This document shows positions 50,774 through 64,000 of a stretch of DNA of 64,000 nucleotides, piece by piece; positions within the stretch are counted from its first letter, which is position 1, and each line of letters begins with the position of its first letter. The stretch spans positions 124,001-188,000 of the forward strand of contig NW_026927880.1 of the NCBI RefSeq assembly GCF_032062105.1, in the 5' to 3' direction. This DNA is from Saccostrea cucullata (Eukaryota). The notes beneath the pieces were generated by a model. The model did not search any database and was not told where the DNA came from. It saw only the letters and a program-made list of their open reading frames with translations. The position numbers and the translations under genes are program-made.

Positions 50774-53700
50774 TAATAAAGTAGTAGCAGAAGTGAGACT
50801 ACCGGTATATTAATAGTGCTAGATATCAAAGACACATGACAATACTACAGTACAAAAATTCTCTTATTTTTTGGGAGAATTTTCAGATTACCAGAAATAA
50901 TATCTGACCCAATTCCATCACAAAACAAAGTGGCCAAGAATTATTTTCTTCCAGTCACTGTTTATCATCATAAACACTTATAATTAGCTGTTATGAAGAT
51001 AGATATCAAAGGAGATGCCTGCAGGACAAAAATTCTCTTTATTTTTTTGGAACATTTTCAAACACCTGTGAAAAACAAACCAGAGAAGGGCCATAAAACA
51101 CCTGTAGGCCCCCTCCACCCTTCTTTTTATCTTCTACAAATTCCTCTCCGAATTCACAGTGGGAAACAGATACAGGAATCTGGCAGAGAACTATATCACC
51201 TACCTGCACTTCTATAGATCTTTAGTAGCTAAATCACAAAATAAAGATTATCGGTATATTTAGCATCACTTTCATCAATATCAAGAGCCGTGAAGTAAAT
51301 TAACCTTTATAAAATTCAATCATCGCTCTGTCTCTAGATTTTGTGAATCCCTGCTAACTTGTACTTTTTCCATTCAAACAAAATCTCCATTCAAAATTTC
51401 AAAAATGGGTGACCTTTGTTAATAAAACAGGTTTATCTTTGACGGCTACTTGACATTTTACAGATATTATTAAAATGTGCTGATGTCACAAATACAAACT
51501 GGTATACATTCAATGTTATTTTGTGCATCACAGCAGGTATTAATTTTTACATTTAAAATTTATGAAGGTAAATATTTTAAGAAACAATGATCTTACAACC
51601 ATCTTTTTAAGTTGACTTCAAATTCTAATATGACATAACTGCCATAATAATAGAATACAATGTGTGAAAGATATGAAATATATGACACATTTATGATCCG
51701 TTCTATTTAAAGATTACTTAATGGAAAATAAATGGTATTATGATCACTAAGAACATGAAAAAGTAATTTTAAATATTAATTTTTCCCATACACATAAGAA
51801 TGAAAAACTTATGAGAGATTATAAGTATAAACTTCTTAGTAAAAAAACTTTCTTTTTATTCTCTGCCAATATTGCATCACAAGCCCTCTGCAATAAGTCA
51901 CTGACTTGTTCTAGTAGATTAAAGTTACTAGAATTAATAAGATTAATTAAACCAAAAGAATGAAATACACTTACTTACACTCAAAGCCAATAGTACGTAC
52001 ATGTACTTCAAAAATGTGTCTTATGAAATAGTTATAGAATAGTTGTCCTTACCATGTTAACCATGCTATTGTAAATGTACATAAAAGATTACATTCAAAA
52101 GAACTTCCAAAAATTAATAAACGTAGCTGCTTTTGCATAGTGGTTAAATATACACCTATGCTGATCATCATGGTTTCAAGATCATAATTTTATCAATCAA
52201 ACCACAATTTTTCTGGAAACATTAAAGATGAAGAAACCAATTTCAAAGTCATATTTTGCAAAATTTAATAAATTATCAAATTATTTCTTCAAAAAAATTA
52301 TGAGATAAATGCATTTTTGGGAAGTGGTAGATATTAAATCATTCAAATGTTTTGCTCCATGACTTTGGAGAAAAGGACTGGAAATAAAAATCAATGTTCC
52401 AAGCCTCCTTGCTCTGAATGACACCTACTTATTGACAATCTTTTTATTACCTGTGGTATAGTCATTTGATATACAAAATAGGATAATGGCTCGAATTTCA
52501 TCAAGTTTCTGACAAACACAATTGATAAAAGATGTGGGATTTCCTTTAGAACTTTTCTCCGATGGCAATACCAGCCAGTGTAAACCCTCATTTTATACAA
52601 AACTGGTTTAATGCACATTCTAATTGCATTAGAGGAGAATTCAAATGACTTTCAACACCTCTGAATCGGAATCTAGAGACATTTGTGTAAGAAATGTAAC
52701 AGATGTTTGGTGCCAAAGTCACCAACAAACACTGGTACCCAGGTAACCAAGAAGAACAGTACATAAACTTATCTTTTACATACAAAGACTGCATTTTGTA
52801 TCTGTCTACTGCAAGGTACAAGATAAAGAGGGACCATTTCTGGAGATAAATTTGGTCTGACTTGTTACTGGTATGTAATCTCTGTGTGACATGGTGTGGG
52901 GTAAATACTCCCTATATATCACTACAGGACAAGCCTGTTGTCTATGTTGTAAGGTCTCTAGCTGGAATCCCACACAGGAAGAAATATGTCTGACACCACC
53001 AGAAATTGAGGAATTCTGTCAAAATTGTCACATCTGACTTGAGATAATTTGAATTGGATAGTCTTGAAGTTAAGTCACAGGAGATTAAGTTTTACCAAAC
53101 AAGTACGTACCAACAGGGCAACAGACGAATGTACACCTTCAGACACTGGTAAAAGAAAGGGCCATTATGGCAAAGTGTGGGATCATGTATTTAATGACAG
53201 CATAATTTTTTTAAGACCCTCATTTTCTTAACAAAACTCCAATGTTTAGAACATTGAGCCTTCACAAATGAACTTTCAAGTACCCCTAGACTAGTCAGTT
53301 CACGGGACTAAAGGTGATTGGGTGATCAATCACAGAACCTCACACCGACCACCAAAGACAAAGGCTCACATCCTTGCTATTCTTACAGCTCCCTTCTACA
53401 ACATTAAGCAATCTCTTGTGCTTTTTTGCACCCAGACAGAGCCAACACACAGAAAGCACCAAAATCTCACCTGTCCATCCATCCAAGCACACCAAACAGT
53501 CTGTCTGCTGAATTTCTGTTCAAAACTATGGCAACTCTATGATAAATGATGACACGATAGCATTCACACCTTTGTTCTCATCAGGTATTTAGACAGAGGA
53601 ATTACTCTTGCCTAGGAAGCTGAAATATTTCATAGTTTCCTAAATCCAAAAAGAAATCTCGTCAAATCTTGACAAACTTGGGGAGCTGTATAAACGCATC

Positions 53701-56700
53701 AAAAGTCTTCTTGTGTTGGCTAGCAGAAGCTGGTAAAACAATGCTGGTTAACCGTTATACATGGGTATTTAACCCCAAAGAAAAAATTGTTTGACAAGTG
53801 TTTAACCATCAGAAACATATCTGATTTTTCCGAATTTATAACCTTTGAAAGAAATACGAGATCAAAATAAAAAATTTGTTTCCTCAAACCTCATATAATA
53901 CCCCTAAGAACAAAAGGTCTATTTGACGGTCACTTAATACAAACCCAAATAACCTCAGAACTGTGATATGTAAATTGAGTTCGGTATGAATCTGTCAGCA
54001 CAACGGAAGGACAAAAGGGCCACAAATTCTTTAGGTTCATCTGATCCAGTGTCATTGAATCCACCCAATTAAAAGCACACCCCGCAATACAAAAGACACC
54101 CCAATAAAATTACTTCTAGCTAGGATATATAGATGAGACTTTAATTTGATTTCTTGAATTATCTACAAAATATCTTGATCAGATTGGTGTCTTCTGTGCC
54201 ATGAAATTTGTTTGATGGTTGGCACACATATAAGCCTGGGTATACCCATTGCTACCACACAACCAGAAAGGCAACCAAACTTGTATTCCAAACAAAACTG
54301 CTAGTAACCTAATGTTACACTGCCAAAGTGTGGTCTGAACTCTGAACAATGGTTCAACAGACACAGAACTGGCCACACATGCTTATTTAGCTCATCAAGA
54401 ATGAAAAAAAAAGTTAAACATTAATGATCATAATGAACATGCATCATTTACAGAATCAAGGAAAAAGTTTCCCATAGCCATAAAAACTCGCAGACTTTCT
54501 GTGTTTGAGCAGTCAGGTGTTGTACCTAGACACCCCTAACAAGCCTCTGACAATTAAGTCACAATGCGATCTTGAGGTCTGGGTCTAACAAGCCATCCAC
54601 GTGACCACAATGTACCCAGTAATTAGCCAACATCAGGATGCAGTCCTCCCCCAGACCCCCTCAGCACCTGCCAGAAGTAAGGGGAGGGAGTTCTTTCTCT
54701 TTCATGTGAGACCTGACCTTCAGCTACTGACAGATTTTCTTATATTATTTTTATAGGCATGGGTCTTGGATATAATGGGAAATAAATCTATGAAAGAAAA
54801 CAAGCTCTAATGAGAGTCATGTACTCTTACCGAGTCTGTCAGCTGATGCCAAGGTCATAGGGCATGAGAAAGACTTACGAGAGTTTCTACATCACAGAGT
54901 AATTGAACTCATAAAAAAAAAGAATATTGCATATGCATCATCATAACAAATACGAGGCAGAAATTCAATATAATGTTCCTACAATCCTAAATTTATGGCC
55001 CAGCCTCAAAAGTCAAGATATCACTAGGCAGCCTGCATTCTTGCCAGCTGATGTGCTGCATACCTGTACAGGACCTGTACATATGTGTCTAGCTGCTAAA
55101 ACTTTGATTAAATGCAGCTCAGACTTTATACGACATATGTAACATGCTATAACAGGTCGTATAATGTGTCAATCACTCCCATGCTGAGAGGGTTAGGCCA
55201 GACAGGTAAATCACTCACACTTCTAATAGGCCTGTTAATTAGTCATTACCAGGTATATCCTACACATATTTCTGTGAAATATGACCAGGTACTTCCCTTT
55301 CTCTAGCTTCTATTTCATATATATTACCAGTACATGAAATATCAGAGCAAATTTGAAATGAAAACTTTTAGCAATTATAATGTTCTACAGTCAAGTACTT
55401 AAAAAGAATTTCATTCCTCTTGGCAGTCATTTACACTTGGAAAGTAAACTTCCATTCAAAAGCAAAATTAAGTCTCTCTTAAATCTCACTTACCAGCGTG
55501 TTGTTAAAGTACTGTTCACGCGGGACTAAAAAGTCCTAAATCAGCAATGGTATAAAAGGAGAGGAAAGTGACTTTTCTTTAAACAAATATCAACAAAGGC
55601 TCGCTACATTAGAACATTGACTGAAGTGACCCGTTTAACCCTGTGGTCATAATAACTCGCCTCAATACCTTTCTACCTGTCAAATGATAGATATCTAGGG
55701 ACTCCCCATGATTTCCGACAGGTAGTCAGACCATGTACAATAAGCCCAAATCTTCTTTATTAATTTCACCATTATTAAAACAAGACCCGTAGAACTTCTA
55801 TTGATGTAACCTAGACTAATATCTATGTTTTCTCATTTAATCTTTTTTCCTCCTGTCCTCTCGATGTCAGAGGGGAAGTGTGTACTGAATAGAAGGGGAC
55901 AGGAACTGATTGAGGCTCTCTCTGATTTATAGGATTAAGTTTCTAGCCTGATTTATACCTGTTCAAAAATATGTCAGCTAGACTAGTCCCTTAAAGAAGT
56001 CGGAATTTATCAGGTGATATGACCCTAGGAAAGCCCCTGTTTAAATTAATGTATGTCTTTTTCATCTTGACATACTTAGTAAACCTAGCATTATCTGATT
56101 CAATATGATTACTGTCCTCGCATTCTTTGGAGTTTCTCATCAAACTCCCATTTTTCACTGTGCTCCTTCGTAATACAACTCTAAATGAAGAAGAGAGGTT
56201 GCGACATCAAAAGGATGAGTTAACCAGGTGTGAACAGGTAAATGTCCCTCTAGAACACCTGAGTCGTAAATATTCCTTGTTCCTGCATCTGTAATCTTAA
56301 CTTGAACTGATTAGAACCTGAAGCACTTCAGAAGTATCCTAGACAGCAGATAGTTCTATATAAATTTAGTGCTTCTGTGGTTCACCTTACAGGTAAGATA
56401 AAGGTATTGGACAGGTAAAAAATCAAAGCAGCTCTCACGAGGAATCTGCTCCCCCAGAAAGGTCATCTTTTGAGTGACATCAGAAAAGAGTTAAATACAA
56501 GGAATTTGATTGATAATGTGGTCTAAATTATTCCATTCACTTTTTTTCTGAAATAAATATGCAATGTAAAAGGGTGTATTTGAGAGGTTTTTATCAGTTT
56601 TTCTTGCTATGTGCAATAAAAAATAAATAAAAAATGCACTGTAGAATATAAAGCAAAATCATTGAATTCACTTGTCAAAAAGCTTACAATTCCAGAAATG

Positions 56701-59700
56701 AGTCCAAGGTCATTGAAAATGTATACAAAAGGACATCACGAAAAGGAGAGCAAGGACTAGGGTAAGGCTTAGGGTTTTGAATAAAAATAGGATAGAGACT
56801 GTTTAAAAAGCTTTAAAATACATCCTGTGTTTTTCTACCTGTCACTCATTGAAATGACACTTTTATTTAAGACAAGGATTTTTTCACAGAATAATGAACA
56901 AATCACTGTATCACATCTGAAGTTATGTCGAGAGAACTCAAAGCTTGTATATTTAAGGACAAAAAATAAAATTCAATTTTAATTCTTTGATCAACAACTA
57001 ACAATAGAATTTGGACACAGAACCCAGAACTAGGTTACCCCACACAGCCGGTACCACCGAGAACCAAGGGATCTGTCACTGTCATACATCTCAAGACTTT
57101 ATTTGTTTGTGTATGAAGCTTTTTGATGAAGATATCAATCTTTTTAATAAGATACTCGATTATGAAATTATGATACAGCCAAGATATATGGGGCCGTTTG
57201 ATCAAACTACAGCCTTATAAAGCAGGCATTGTTTTTCCCTCCACCTTAATAGCTATATAGAACTCTAAAATGACATATTTTATCATGTTAATCAAAGACA
57301 TATCCTTATACATGTGATGTATATTATGACAAATTTGAAACCTTTCACCTATATTAGGAACGGCTGAGAAGTTTAAGGTTCCTTTAAGTTAAATTTGTTT
57401 TGTGAATCATCTAACTTTATCAAGTTATTTTATTGGCAATAATCCCCTCAGCGTTGCAAGTACCTGTCTGAAACATGCACTTGTGACCCTTTATCACTTA
57501 AGGGTTATCTCCCTTTGATTTCTGGGGTGCAAGGCCCTTAATTGTAACCCTTAACATTGATTGGGTCAACTATAGTCATGTCAGGTTGACAAATGATATA
57601 CCCAGCTTATTATAAACAGGTGTTAATTAAATCAGAAAAACTTGGTATCACATAATGATAATATTACTATTAGTAATCTTCCAAAGAGTCTCAAGTTTTA
57701 CTTTAAAATTAGAGGTACTGTGAGCACTGCAGCTCATAAAATAATACCCCTTCTTATAATAGTACGAGATTCCAGATACCGAGGATAAAATTACATAAAA
57801 TACATATAGCCTTAGGAAAAAGTGAGACTTGTAAAACCCTTTTTTGAAATGGGAAAAACTATAGATATCTGTTTGATCAAAACATAAATAGGACATGCAC
57901 ATTTACACTTATATGCATTAAAGATTCTTTGAAAGTATCATTATATTTTGTTCAGTGGTAAAGAAGAAGTTGTGGATAGGAGATGGGTTGTTAGAGGTGT
58001 CATGGACGTACAGTTGGAAGGACATGCATTCAGATATACCTATCACTATCTCTAGTAACCCTCTGCTTTTCAGGTACGGACTCTTATATAAGAGTATTCC
58101 AATAAATCTTCAATTAATTTTAATGAAGACATATAAACACTGAAATTATTACCCCTCCCCCCAAACATCCTAATTACTACCAGAATAATTTGCCATTTTA
58201 AATCATAAAAAAAAAATCACGCATTAGCAGAAAGAAGGTTTCCTTTTGTACATGTGTGCATGTGGTTTGCAACTAGCTATTAAAACTTTATGAATACCTC
58301 ACAAATATAATGAATGATTAGGGCAAATCATGCCAAGTCTGAATGACATTCTTGTAATACAAGTATACAACAGGATTAAAAGCAATCACAAGTCAAAGTG
58401 ATGATGTATAAAGTATACCTGTACGTGAATGGCACTTACAATTAGTATTGAGAAATTCAAATAGAGAGTTCAAAAAAGGAACCGTTTTCTAAAACTGGGT
58501 TCAATGATTGACATATAAAAAGCTTTTCAAATCTGCTGACACATCCTCATATATGTCCACAGCTGGAAGCTTACATGTTTAAAAATTAACCACATTGTGG
58601 TGAAAGAGAGACAAAGATATTGTGCAAACTTTACACATCAAAGATGACTATCTTTTCAAACACTTCGGGTGCTGGATACTTTCAATATTTACCCCGTACA
58701 ATATGTTACCCTGGGTTTTATCAATGACCCTCGATCCATTGATATTGACGAAGTTCGCGGACCTGACGCCACTCTGTAAAAATCGTCTTTCAGAATTTAT
58801 TTACCCTTGGAACTTGATACAAATATTTATAGTCTGAATCTGTCAAAAAGCTGGCTTCAATATTTTCTGCTTTTAAAAATATGCTTGTGTTACATATAAA
58901 TATGTCATTTTAATTAACTCTCACTTGTGATTAAGTGAATATACAATATCTTCAGTCAGTCTTATGAAATTCAGTCAGTTAGATGTGTGCAAAAATGCCC
59001 AATTTTGGAGCCTGGCATATTATAATTGTCATCGGAAATTACACTACATGTATATAATAATTCTATGTTTCCTTCAAAGAGGATATGTATTACTGGTGCT
59101 AAGCACAAACCCTTGCCTGGTACAATAAGAGACCCTGCATAATAGTTTACAGTCAGTTGTGAAATTTGTCATGTGCACCCATATTAATTAAACTTTTTTC
59201 AAGCTACAATTACAACACAAACTTCCTTCTCCCATTCAGAACTTCAATAATGGCTCAAAGTAAATTGAAAAAAAAATTACTGGATCATCAAAACTAGAAG
59301 TGTATTCAATATATTTGCTTCATCTCTAATTCTTTAATATCAAAAAAATATCTTTATTTCATGATGTATAGGAAAACCGCAGGACATTAAATCAGCAAAT
59401 GTTTAACAAATTTTGATAATATGAAAGATAAAGAAGGTTTAACTTTATTTTAAAGCACTTAAAAGTCAGAGGAAAACACTTAAAAACCCTCCCTACAGAG
59501 ATTGAATGAGATCAATAACCAAACAGCCTTATCGCTGTGACATTACTGTTGCTCAACAAGTTTGTCTCCTTACATATCAAAATTGGCCAGTTATCAGGAG
59601 GAAAAAAGATCTCTCTTTGAATTTGAACTTTGTTCTGTCTAGAAATACATTTCAAGCACTGCTTCAACCACTATAGTGTCTCAGGTTGCACAAATCAATG

Positions 59701-62700
59701 TTAAATACAGAAAACTTCAAGGATTTATGCAAATGAATATAATCTTTTTTCAATGAGATATAACAATTTTTTTCAAACAGCTGGTTTAAATTCCAGTATT
59801 TCATACCTCTTGCAACTTAGAAAATATATTTTTTCTGGATGGAAGTTCATTTCAATTGTTAAAATTACTTGTAAGAGACTGATAAGCCTACCTACTGACA
59901 TTTTAACGTCATTTTATAGCAGGTGCTTTTTATTCAGACATCATTATAACTCCACTCGAATCTTCTCTGCTAACAAATACCTTCTGTCTACATGTATCAG
60001 TATAAAGTTGTATATGAACAACTTACCTTCAATTCATTTCCGAGCCTTCCATTCACCCTGCCCTTGTCACTTTGCCTTAAACTCATATCTGTTCCTCTTC
60101 ATGTGAAACGTTCCCTAAAAATACATAGTCTACATTACACCCTCATTATGTCCATTTCATTTGAATTAATGGCATAGACATGTTCTGATGGACCGAAAAA
60201 GTGTCAAATTTATTGTCTCTTTTGCTGAATCCATGCTATACTAGCTCCCACTACATCTCAAAGCCATCAGAAAATTTAATCCAAGCATTTACATCCAATT
60301 TCCATTCAGAGATTTTCTCAAGTGTCTTTTCTTTATTCTTTCGTTGTGTCATTTCCTTTTACGGCTAATTCTAGTTTAAACAAGCAATTCAATCAGTAAC
60401 TTAAAAGTCCCACTAAGCTAATCGCTAGTGTCGAGTCCTACTGAATGGAAAATTGTCGTGTAGATTGTGAAAGTGGTGATGTCCCTTAAGGCAAGATATA
60501 TTATCTCCGAAATATCATGTAGCTTTGACAAGGACCGATGATAGACGTGGTGAAACCTATCATAGTAATACTGCCCCCTCCAATACACACGTTCAGAATG
60601 GAATTAAATCTACAGTCCCATGCACTGAATATTTAAACCCATGAACTTTTCTGAGAGGATTACCTACCAATCATACAATACTGGTCCTGGTCAATAACTT
60701 TTCCCCCTAGAAGGCAGGGGTTACACTAACTAATCTCAGACAGTCTAATTCTTAGATACCCATCAACTCCAAGACAATGTCACAACGTAATCAGCACTGG
60801 TGATCTACTTTCATACCAATAGCAAATATTTGTTCAAAGTTTGATTAAGTTGAATAATTTTTGACATGCTAACATTTAACAATAAATTGAACGGGCATTT
60901 GTGTGAGATAATATAGTGGTTTTAATCCTCGGTTACAAGGTCTTTATCACTCATTAAATACAACTTTCATGTCAGCATACCTGTTTACAGGGGCTGCTCA
61001 GGCATAGGTAAACACTGCAACTCAAACTAATCTGTGGCTACTCAAATTAATTGACCAAGCGTTAATCCTTCTTCTGCATTATATTAGAATAAACAACTCC
61101 ATGCCATTCATAATTTTACATCTTTCTAAAAACAAAAATTGAGATAAAATTTTTGACACTGAACATAGGAAGAATTTTTGCAAGATTAGAATTTCCATTG
61201 CAAATTATTGGAGGATATCTATAGATTCATAAACCCAACAAAGCATTATAAATAGGTGGGGCTCGTTTTTAGAATGAAATAAAACATTCAACAAGATAAA
61301 TTTTAAGTACATAAGATAAAATATAGTCATAGAAAAAATGCAGAAGAGTAAATGTTTAACCATCCACTTGAGATTTATACTAAAGCTTAAAATTGTTTCC
61401 AAATATCTTTTAAAAAGTGCATCTTAATAGTACATGTTGATAATTCAACTTTTCAGAGACTCCTAGCTAGCTAATGCTTATGTTATTTTTTATTCTGACA
61501 GAGGATAAAAATTTGTAAATAGAAAAATTATTTCCTGTAAAAATTAAACAAAAGTATAGATCAAATTAAAACTTAATTTACAGCTTACAGTAAAAAAAAA
61601 TTCTTCCAGAAGAAATTAAATATTTATAGGCTTTCTTGATGCAGAATGGATAATATATAGGTATCCTAAAATAGGTGACAATAGAGCTTCAGTTCTATAA
61701 GCAATCTTGTCACTAATTTGAATTTTGTTGTTGCTTAAATTCTTTTATTTTTCATACTTCTAGTTATATATCTTATTAGTTCTGATTGTTTTATTATCAA
61801 AGCCAACAGTTTCTGCCACAAAATTAGGCAAAATTACAAAATAAATATTCAAGTTATGCAATTTTAGTTTTGAATTCATGATACAAAAAGTGCATGTGCA
61901 TCTAGAAATACCCATTATCAAATGAATAATTACACTCTAACCTGAATATTGACTTGCAACAAAAAATAGACATAGTCAATTTCTAGTCTTTGGGATGATG
62001 CTAAAAGCCGGCCATTACTATTACTTAAAGTTTTTTTGACAAAATATATAAATATAAATACTATGTCATTGCTTAATATGTTTGTAAATGTTTTATGACA
62101 TATACTTCCTAATATATACATGTACTGGGTATAAAATTAACATAATAGAATTTCTAACCATAATTCTAATTCAGAAATTCAGAAATTTTACTCTTTGCTC
62201 ATGCTAACAAAGAGATTTTTTCTATAAGTATGTAAATATCACTGCCTGCTACCCAAACTTCAAAGTGAAATATTCTACCTTACTGTAAAAGTCTGGTTCA
62301 GTTCCCACGTAACAACTAAGCTTAATGATTAAACGTAGATGATAAACTTAACCCGAAAACCCTCAGATGGTGTAAGCTATACAAAGGTATTATTCAATAT
62401 AGGTGTTGCATAATCTTTCTTTCATGCTTTTTTGCCAGACATATAATCGGGAGATCAATGGAGCACGGGCAAGCTTCAAACTTCAATGGCATGGAAACTA
62501 AATTTTACCTTTAAAAATCTCAGGGTAGGACTTCCATGGTCCAATGCCTAGTTATATAGGGATCTGCTGTGATTGACCCTTTTCTTTGTTTATCGCAAGG
62601 AATCCAGACCACTGGGGTAATCTCAGGGTACCTCAATCCTTTGGACTTTTGACTTTTTAACACTTACCAGATCCTTTAATGAATTTCAGGAAGCAATGAA

Positions 62701-64000
62701 AATCTTTCCATAACTCAGAAGGATTCAATTTTGAGATGATATCCATAGGTAAAATTGATTGCTGGTAGTTGGTGGTCAATGGAAATATTTACTTGTCAAT
62801 TACTTTCTGTAAAATATCATTTCAAAATTTTTTTTTCTTAATAGATTCCAGTTTCATTTTATTTCAAATACTTCTCTGTAATTTAGAAGCCTATATGAAT
62901 CCATATCTGACTGTGACATGAATCCAAATGACACAATTCTTATCTGAAAACAGAGGACCAGTACAGACCAAAGAGACATCACAATTATACTGTTCACATG
63001 TGTTCATGTTTTAAAAAAATTAAAAATTATCTGATGTCGATTAAAAAAATTCAGTAAAACTCTAATCATGGTAAATCTAAGAAATGTGAAATCTAACGAA
63101 AGGATATATACATGTAATAAATTTTAACCTAAGTGTATGAAGCAACAGATGTAGACTGTACTAGTAAATTGAGGTGAACACGTAGCTATGAGAACAACCT
63201 TCACTTATGAATTTGACTGAAAAAAGTAAAATATCATTGTAGTCATTATGCACATTCAAAATTAGAACAAGGATTAAATCTGGCGACAGCCTATAGCAGT
63301 AAAGAGGGGTATGACTTATCCTATGAGACAAATAATTATTATGATATCTAGATACAGAAATATTGGTATAGATTTCAATTTGATGAATTTAACATAGATA
63401 AGTGTAGTAATGGGATAAAATTTGGCCACATATTGCCCAGATTTTATCTGTGAGACCGGAATTTGTCTATTTATATACCCTACATAAATACTGAAATGAT
63501 AGGTCATTTTAACACCGCTGGCAGACGTCCCTCTGTACAGGTGAAGACTTTGGTCGCGTTTTCACTTAATATGTACACTTAAGCTTCGAGTGCGTGCAAA
63601 CACATAGGTAAATTTACCTGCACATATATATCTCATCATCACCTGTCTGTGACTGTCTGTCTCTGACCGCTGTATCGTCATGACCTGGAAACATTAAGGG
63701 GCTGGATTAACATTCAGCAAAAGAATTAAAACAAATTTTAACATCAATACATTAACTGGAGTAATTTGAGTTTCAGGTATCCAGAATATTTCATATTTTG
63801 AAATTATTGTTAAAAGTCAGCACATACTGATATCTTTTTACAAAAGATAGAACATGTAATGATGTTTTTACTTATTTTTTATTAATACTTGAATACTGCA
63901 GAGACAATTCTCTAGCTGACAGCATCTTTGCCACTCTGTTTTTCTGCTTCCTGCATACACCAATGACTGAAATATATAGTAACTATTCTGTACAATGGAG

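Noticed and set aside
49182-52064. Tiny ATG-to-donor phase-0 segments (MEFSVCQ 49182-49202, MYVLLALS ~51979-52002, MVNM 52053-52064)
   Set aside because: Expected by chance in 20 kb; no independent support
54935-55100. Possible decayed HINE remnants (also ~44840-44885, ~48930-48990)
   Set aside because: Only vague motif resemblance; termini cannot be defined

Overview
AT-rich, intron-rich eukaryotic DNA; the repeat families point to a bivalve, probably a Crassostrea/Magallana oyster (inference). Two convergent genes can be rebuilt by hand from splice signals. (1) On +, ~1397-3295: a small type-I membrane protein with a VWA/MIDAS domain, Thr-rich stalk, transmembrane helix and short tail; its 5' end is unresolved. 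(2) On -, 5749-42851: an NCKAP5/NCKAP5L-family coiled-coil scaffold with 13 coding exons, ~1,900 aa, a 2.9-kb exon and a 22-kb intron; most small exons are absent from the ORF track. The introns hold two Helentron-like non-autonomous elements (HINEs) with internal 166-bp and 156-bp satellite arrays, a nested TIR-transposon cluster (25-30 kb) and several TA-flanked MITEs. The most unusual feature is a 43-bp minisatellite (~11.6-12.39 kb) made of tandem copies of an exon 3' end plus its 5' splice site: 12 intact GTAAGC donors in a row, only the first frame-preserving. Also notable are a near-perfect intronic hairpin, RFX X-box motifs in every 156-bp monomer, and a possible GA-AG intron. 43.5-64 kb is non-coding as far as I can support.
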